DNA from: Promethearchaeota archaeon
GTDB lineage: Archaea; Asgardarchaeota; Lokiarchaeia; Sigyniarchaeales; SOKP01
Assembly: GCA_019058445.1 (NCBI GenBank)
Contig: JAHPZA010000010.1
Location: forward strand, 96,001 to 160,000
DNA: 64,000 nt
Reading direction: 5' to 3'
Shown piece after piece: positions 60,456-64,000 of this stretch; position 1 is the stretch's first letter; the number at the start of each line of letters is the position of its first letter. Below the pieces are notes generated by a model, which saw only the letters and a list, made by a program, of their open reading frames with translations, was not told the origin of the DNA and did no database searches. Made by a program: the position numbers and the translations under genes.

Positions 60456-61553
60456 TTACGGGAAGTATCTACACATGGAATCATTTAAAAATACCTTTTC
60501 GATGATCTCATTGTACGGACCAAATGTACACCGAGGACATGTTTTTGGATCAATATTATTTATCATATTTTTGTGAAAATCACTTCCCCATATCCCTAGT
60601 ATTTCTCTTGGATTTGGGTAATGACTGCATAGTATTAGATCTTTCCGGCCACGCATATCAAAACATAAGTACATATTTCCATCAGCACCGAATGTTGCTA
60701 TTAAAGGGATGGCTCTGCATTTTTTAAATGCTACCTTTCGTTCCATATTTGGCTGAAATTTGTGCCTTATTCCATAAAAGTGAAAATTTTCATCCTCTAA
60801 CTCAAGAGCTTTTTCTATTTGCTCATTCACTACATCTACTACACTACGGAATGCTTCATTAGTCAAGCCATGTAAAGGTTTAATATTGTCAAATCCGACT
60901 GGTCGAGAATGAAAATCTCTTACGCCTAGTTCTTTTGCTAGTTTAGCTGCCTGGTAGATTTCATGAGCATTGTCTGGATGGATTAAGTATTTATATGCGA
61001 CATCACATTTACTATTTATTTTATCAATATGTCTACATAACTTTGCGATATTATCGCAAACTTTCCTAAACATTTCCTTTTTTTTAATACCCTTCAGTTT
61101 TATGTATGTTTCTGCTGTGCCAGCATCCATTGAAAATCCAACCCATCGACAATTTTCAGCCATAACAGCAATATGTTCATCTGTCATAAGAGATCCATTT
61201 GTTATAACGCCATTCTGTATACCATTTTTCTGCCACTGGTATTGAATAAAAGTATTAAAACCTTTATGTGTTAAGGGCTCACCTCCACCAGCAACACATG
61301 CGCTATATGCCCCCCATTCTTTAATAAAATCAGATACTTCGAGCCAATGTTTGATTGGTAAATTTGGAAGTTTGTTATTGATTATATTGTAAGCATTGCA
61401 AAATGGGCAAGCAAAATTGCAATGTCTACTTAAATCAATATCAACTGTAACTGGGGGTAAATAATCTCCTGTGATGCATGCTTCGAGCCACTCTCTCCAT
61501 ATAAGAACCTTTGCGCTATTAAATGGATTCCAAGGACTATTCCATTCTCTCAT
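60456..61553 (-). CDS. radical SAM protein with C-terminal SPASM/twitch-like domain
   Basis: CNFACPFC, GGGEP, ITNG, then C...DGNMYLC...CPRC; AAGGAG upstream. Confidence 0.92.
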   Translation of the reverse strand: MREWNSPWNPFNSAKVLIWREWLEACITGDYLPPVTVDIDLSRHCNFACPFCNAYNIINNKLPNLPIKHWLEVSDFIKEWGAYSACVAGGGEPLTHKGFNTFIQYQWQKNGIQNGVITNGSLMTDEHIAVMAENCRWVGFSMDAGTAETYIKLKGIKKKEMFRKVCDNIAKLCRHIDKINSKCDVAYKYLIHPDNAHEIYQAAKLAKELGVRDFHSRPVGFDNIKPLHGLTNEAFRSVVDVVNEQIEKALELEDENFHFYGIRHKFQPNMERKVAFKKCRAIPLIATFGADGNMYLCFDMRGRKDLILCSHYPNPREILGIWGSDFHKNMINNIDPKTCPRCTFGPYNEIIEKVFLNDSMCRYFP

Positions 61554-61713
61554 AATAATATTCTCCTTGTTTGTGTAATCCTTTATATCCTCCCAAACTA
61601 TTTATTTATCGCTAATTAGTTTTTTAGAGTTAAAATATTCTGATATATATTTGAGTTTCTATAATAATTACTAGGAAATTCCTTTTTCATAAAAGATTTA
61701 TTAGATTTCAATA

Positions 61714-62412
61714 TTAAATTATCTCCTTTATATATTCTTCGGCTGTTTTGAGTTTGAAAACTTCTAGCGTCTCGGTAACATCTTCACAGTAGTGTTGTTC
61801 TACTGCTCCTGGTTTAGTAGTAATCCCAATTTTTAGCATATTTGCCATATCCTCAACTAAAATAGCATTAATACTTCCTAAATTAAAAATTTTATTGCTG
61901 TAATTTTGTTCTATACAAAAAAGAATAAAATTTGCTACCTCTGTGTTGGTGATTAATTGCATTGTTGATTCAGCACTCACATACAGTGGTTTGCCATTCA
62001 TAATATCTTTAAGGACTCCTTTTTTCATGTGCTTTCCAATGATGGCAGAACACCTTAAAATTATAAAATATTTCGAATGGTGACATACAATTTGTTCAGC
62101 CAGCTTTTTGTGAAAACCATATGTGTTTTTCTTATATACATCATAAGACGATATATAAATATATTTCTTAAATTTAAAATCAAATATACTATTGTAAACA
62201 GATAATACAGATTTTTCAAAATCCTGAAGAGGATTTTCATTTGCCCACCACCTTTTACTATTTCCATTGGCATTTATAAATACATCAAAAAATTTGTTGA
62301 TCATATTATTATAATTTTGACGATTTATTGCCTGGATTTCATGGTGCTGGCTTAGCTGTGATAATAATTCTGATCCTAAAAAACCATTTGATCCTAATAT
62401 GCCTATTATCAC
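61714..62412 (-). CDS. short NAD-dependent epimerase/dehydratase/reductase
   Basis: GSNGFLG, YISS, YGFHK; GTG start with AAAGGAG upstream. Confidence 0.85.
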   Translation of the reverse strand: MIIGILGSNGFLGSELLSQLSQHHEIQAINRQNYNNMINKFFDVFINANGNSKRWWANENPLQDFEKSVLSVYNSIFDFKFKKYIYISSYDVYKKNTYGFHKKLAEQIVCHHSKYFIILRCSAIIGKHMKKGVLKDIMNGKPLYVSAESTMQLITNTEVANFILFCIEQNYSNKIFNLGSINAILVEDMANMLKIGITTKPGAVEQHYCEDVTETLEVFKLKTAEEYIKEII

Positions 62413-62690
62413 AGGATTAACTCCTTTAGGTTAGCACATTTTATATTAATATAATTGACTTAAAATCAAATAATTAAAGATTATTAGAAAATAAAAAACT
62501 TGTTATTACTAACAATAAAATATATTTAAAATAATCAAAAATTATACTTTTTCCAAGTAATTCTATTAAACTTAAATTTAATTTGAGATATTCTGCGGAA
62601 ATTTTAAAAATCTGCTGTTTTTAGTTTAATAGCTAATGTTTTAAACTAAAATCATAATTATTTTAAATTTAAACATCAAAAAGGGGGTTA

Positions 62691-63653
62691 TTATAGCTTA
62701 ATCCAATCGTTAATATATAAATCATACCATGTTGGTGGCCCCTGGGGGCCATACCAATTTTTCGGAGCTATTACAATTTTTTTAGGAAAATTATTTAGAT
62801 AAGCTCCCCACCAGCTGAAAGTTGAATTTGAAATTATTTGATGTTTGCAACATGAAATTAAATATAACTCAAGATAATCCTTCTCTCGGGGAAATATAGG
62901 ATTTAAATTAGGAAATTTGTTTTTTATATAGGTTTTAGCCCAATTCGGGCCTAAATTACCAGAAAAAACAACAAATTTCAGATTCTTTTTTCCAAATTTT
63001 TCTTGAAAGTAAGCAACAGATTTTTCATAATAATCAGAAATCGACAAATTAGGAAATACAAGTAGAATGGGATGTATACGAATATGAAGTGCAATTGTGA
63101 TTTTTTCTGTATTAAAAATTTTTGGATATTTGTTTTTCAAATATTCTTTTTCGGAGGGATCAATATAAAATAAGCAAGGAAGTATTTTCTTACGATATTC
63201 ACCAAAATATTTAACACTTTGAAAATATCCATTAAATATTATACCATTTTTGTCTTTTAAATCTGAAATCTGATCAGGACTAGGGATCTCATGATAGGAT
63301 AAGTCTCTTTCTTTAAAGTCAATTAATCTTAAAGGTAAGCGATTTAAAACTACAATCTTACGAAATACTGTATCCCAATAAACTGGTACAGGTTTTAACA
63401 GACTTGGTGATTTTCTAATTTTTTTAAATAAAGGAGTTAATGAATACTTCGATGAATATGCTAATGCATTAGCAATTTGAAAAAGTTGATTGCCTAATCC
63501 ACCGATAATATTGGCAGATACTATTTTCATTGTATTATCTTTAGTTTCAAAATTCAAAATAGCTAAAAGCTTTCTTAAAATTGTAATTTTTCGAACCAAG
63601 ACTTCATAAAAATGTTTAAAACTTTTTTTTTTTTTCAAGAAAGTTGCTATCAT
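62691..63653 (-). CDS. GT11 alpha-1,2-fucosyltransferase-like protein
   Basis: GGLGNQLFQ, GYFQS.KYF, HIR, YY, IISNSTFSWWGAYL, IAPKNW. Alternative start at ATG 63530. Confidence 0.85.
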   Translation of the reverse strand: MIATFLKKKKSFKHFYEVLVRKITILRKLLAILNFETKDNTMKIVSANIIGGLGNQLFQIANALAYSSKYSLTPLFKKIRKSPSLLKPVPVYWDTVFRKIVVLNRLPLRLIDFKERDLSYHEIPSPDQISDLKDKNGIIFNGYFQSVKYFGEYRKKILPCLFYIDPSEKEYLKNKYPKIFNTEKITIALHIRIHPILLVFPNLSISDYYEKSVAYFQEKFGKKNLKFVVFSGNLGPNWAKTYIKNKFPNLNPIFPREKDYLELYLISCCKHQIISNSTFSWWGAYLNNFPKKIVIAPKNWYGPQGPPTWYDLYINDWIKL

Positions 63654-64000
63654 TATAAATCTTTCTTAATATTGCTTAAAACTCTTATCAAATTTATATT
63701 ATTGAAATTGTATAAATAATTAAAAGATTTAAATCCGAGTTTGTTTTGGTATTATATGTATAACGGTTTAAATATTTGTTCAATTATTGGTTTGACCTAA
63801 ATTGGACATATCTCCATAGATTCTTAAGATCTTTGTTCTTATGATGAAATAATTTTTGAAAAGTGCAATATTAATTAAAATTAATAGAATTATTTAAAGT
63901 AATTAATTCAATTTTAATTACACTAATGAGAAAAATATTTCTTAAAAGGAATAATTTATTATTTACAACTTTAAGCAAGATTAATGACGAAAATGAACAC

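Noticed and set aside
600-62273. Numerous short alternative-frame/antisense ORFs in the track (e.g. 1798-2034, 11714-12094, 13055-13783, 20948-21178)
   Set aside because: They are shadows of well-supported genes. The long one antisense to the LRR gene reflects repeat codon structure.
1-64000. Selenoprotein (UGA read-through), tRNA, rRNA, CRISPR, transposase
   Set aside because: TGA-ending ORFs finish at their expected family C-termini, and the thioredoxin has a normal CxxC. No GC-rich structured RNA, spaced repeat array or transposase motif was seen by eye.

Overview
Very AT-rich archaeal DNA, most consistent with an Asgard archaeon (Lokiarchaeia-like). The evidence is a Rad51-like RadA, archaeal-type PheRS and TyrRS, DUF1512, a roadblock protein, a Vps29-like protein and a long LRR protein. 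The left part (1-28.7 kb) is mostly core and metabolic genes: radA, pgi, lysC, U32, AOR, Fe-ADH, tyrS, ppdK, pheST. From about 28.8 kb to the end is a large surface-glycosylation island, interrupted by pheA and a bacterial-type rph. It holds GT2/GT4/GT11 and multi-TM GT-C glycosyltransferases, GtrA, gmd, a UDP-sulfoquinovose synthase, sulfatase-like enzymes, O-methyltransferases, a heparinase II/III protein and a radical SAM enzyme. Signals missed or not explained by the ORF track: (1) a 26-codon Phe-rich uORF whose stop codon sits in a 12-bp hairpin followed by a U-rich tract, upstream of pheS, which is a candidate pheM-like attenuator in an archaeon; (2) a UDP-sulfoquinovose synthase with an extra N-terminal 5-Cys domain, in an operon with a thioredoxin and an NPP-family enzyme; (3) a decayed sulfotransferase pseudogene at 60.0-60.3 kb; (4) homopolymer tracts in glycan-modifying genes (an A10 frameshift in a methyltransferase and A13 in a GT11); (5) RadA with an extra SAP/Rho-N-like domain and an acidic linker. 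No tRNA, rRNA, CRISPR array or transposase was recognised. All calls come from reading motifs by eye; no searches were run.
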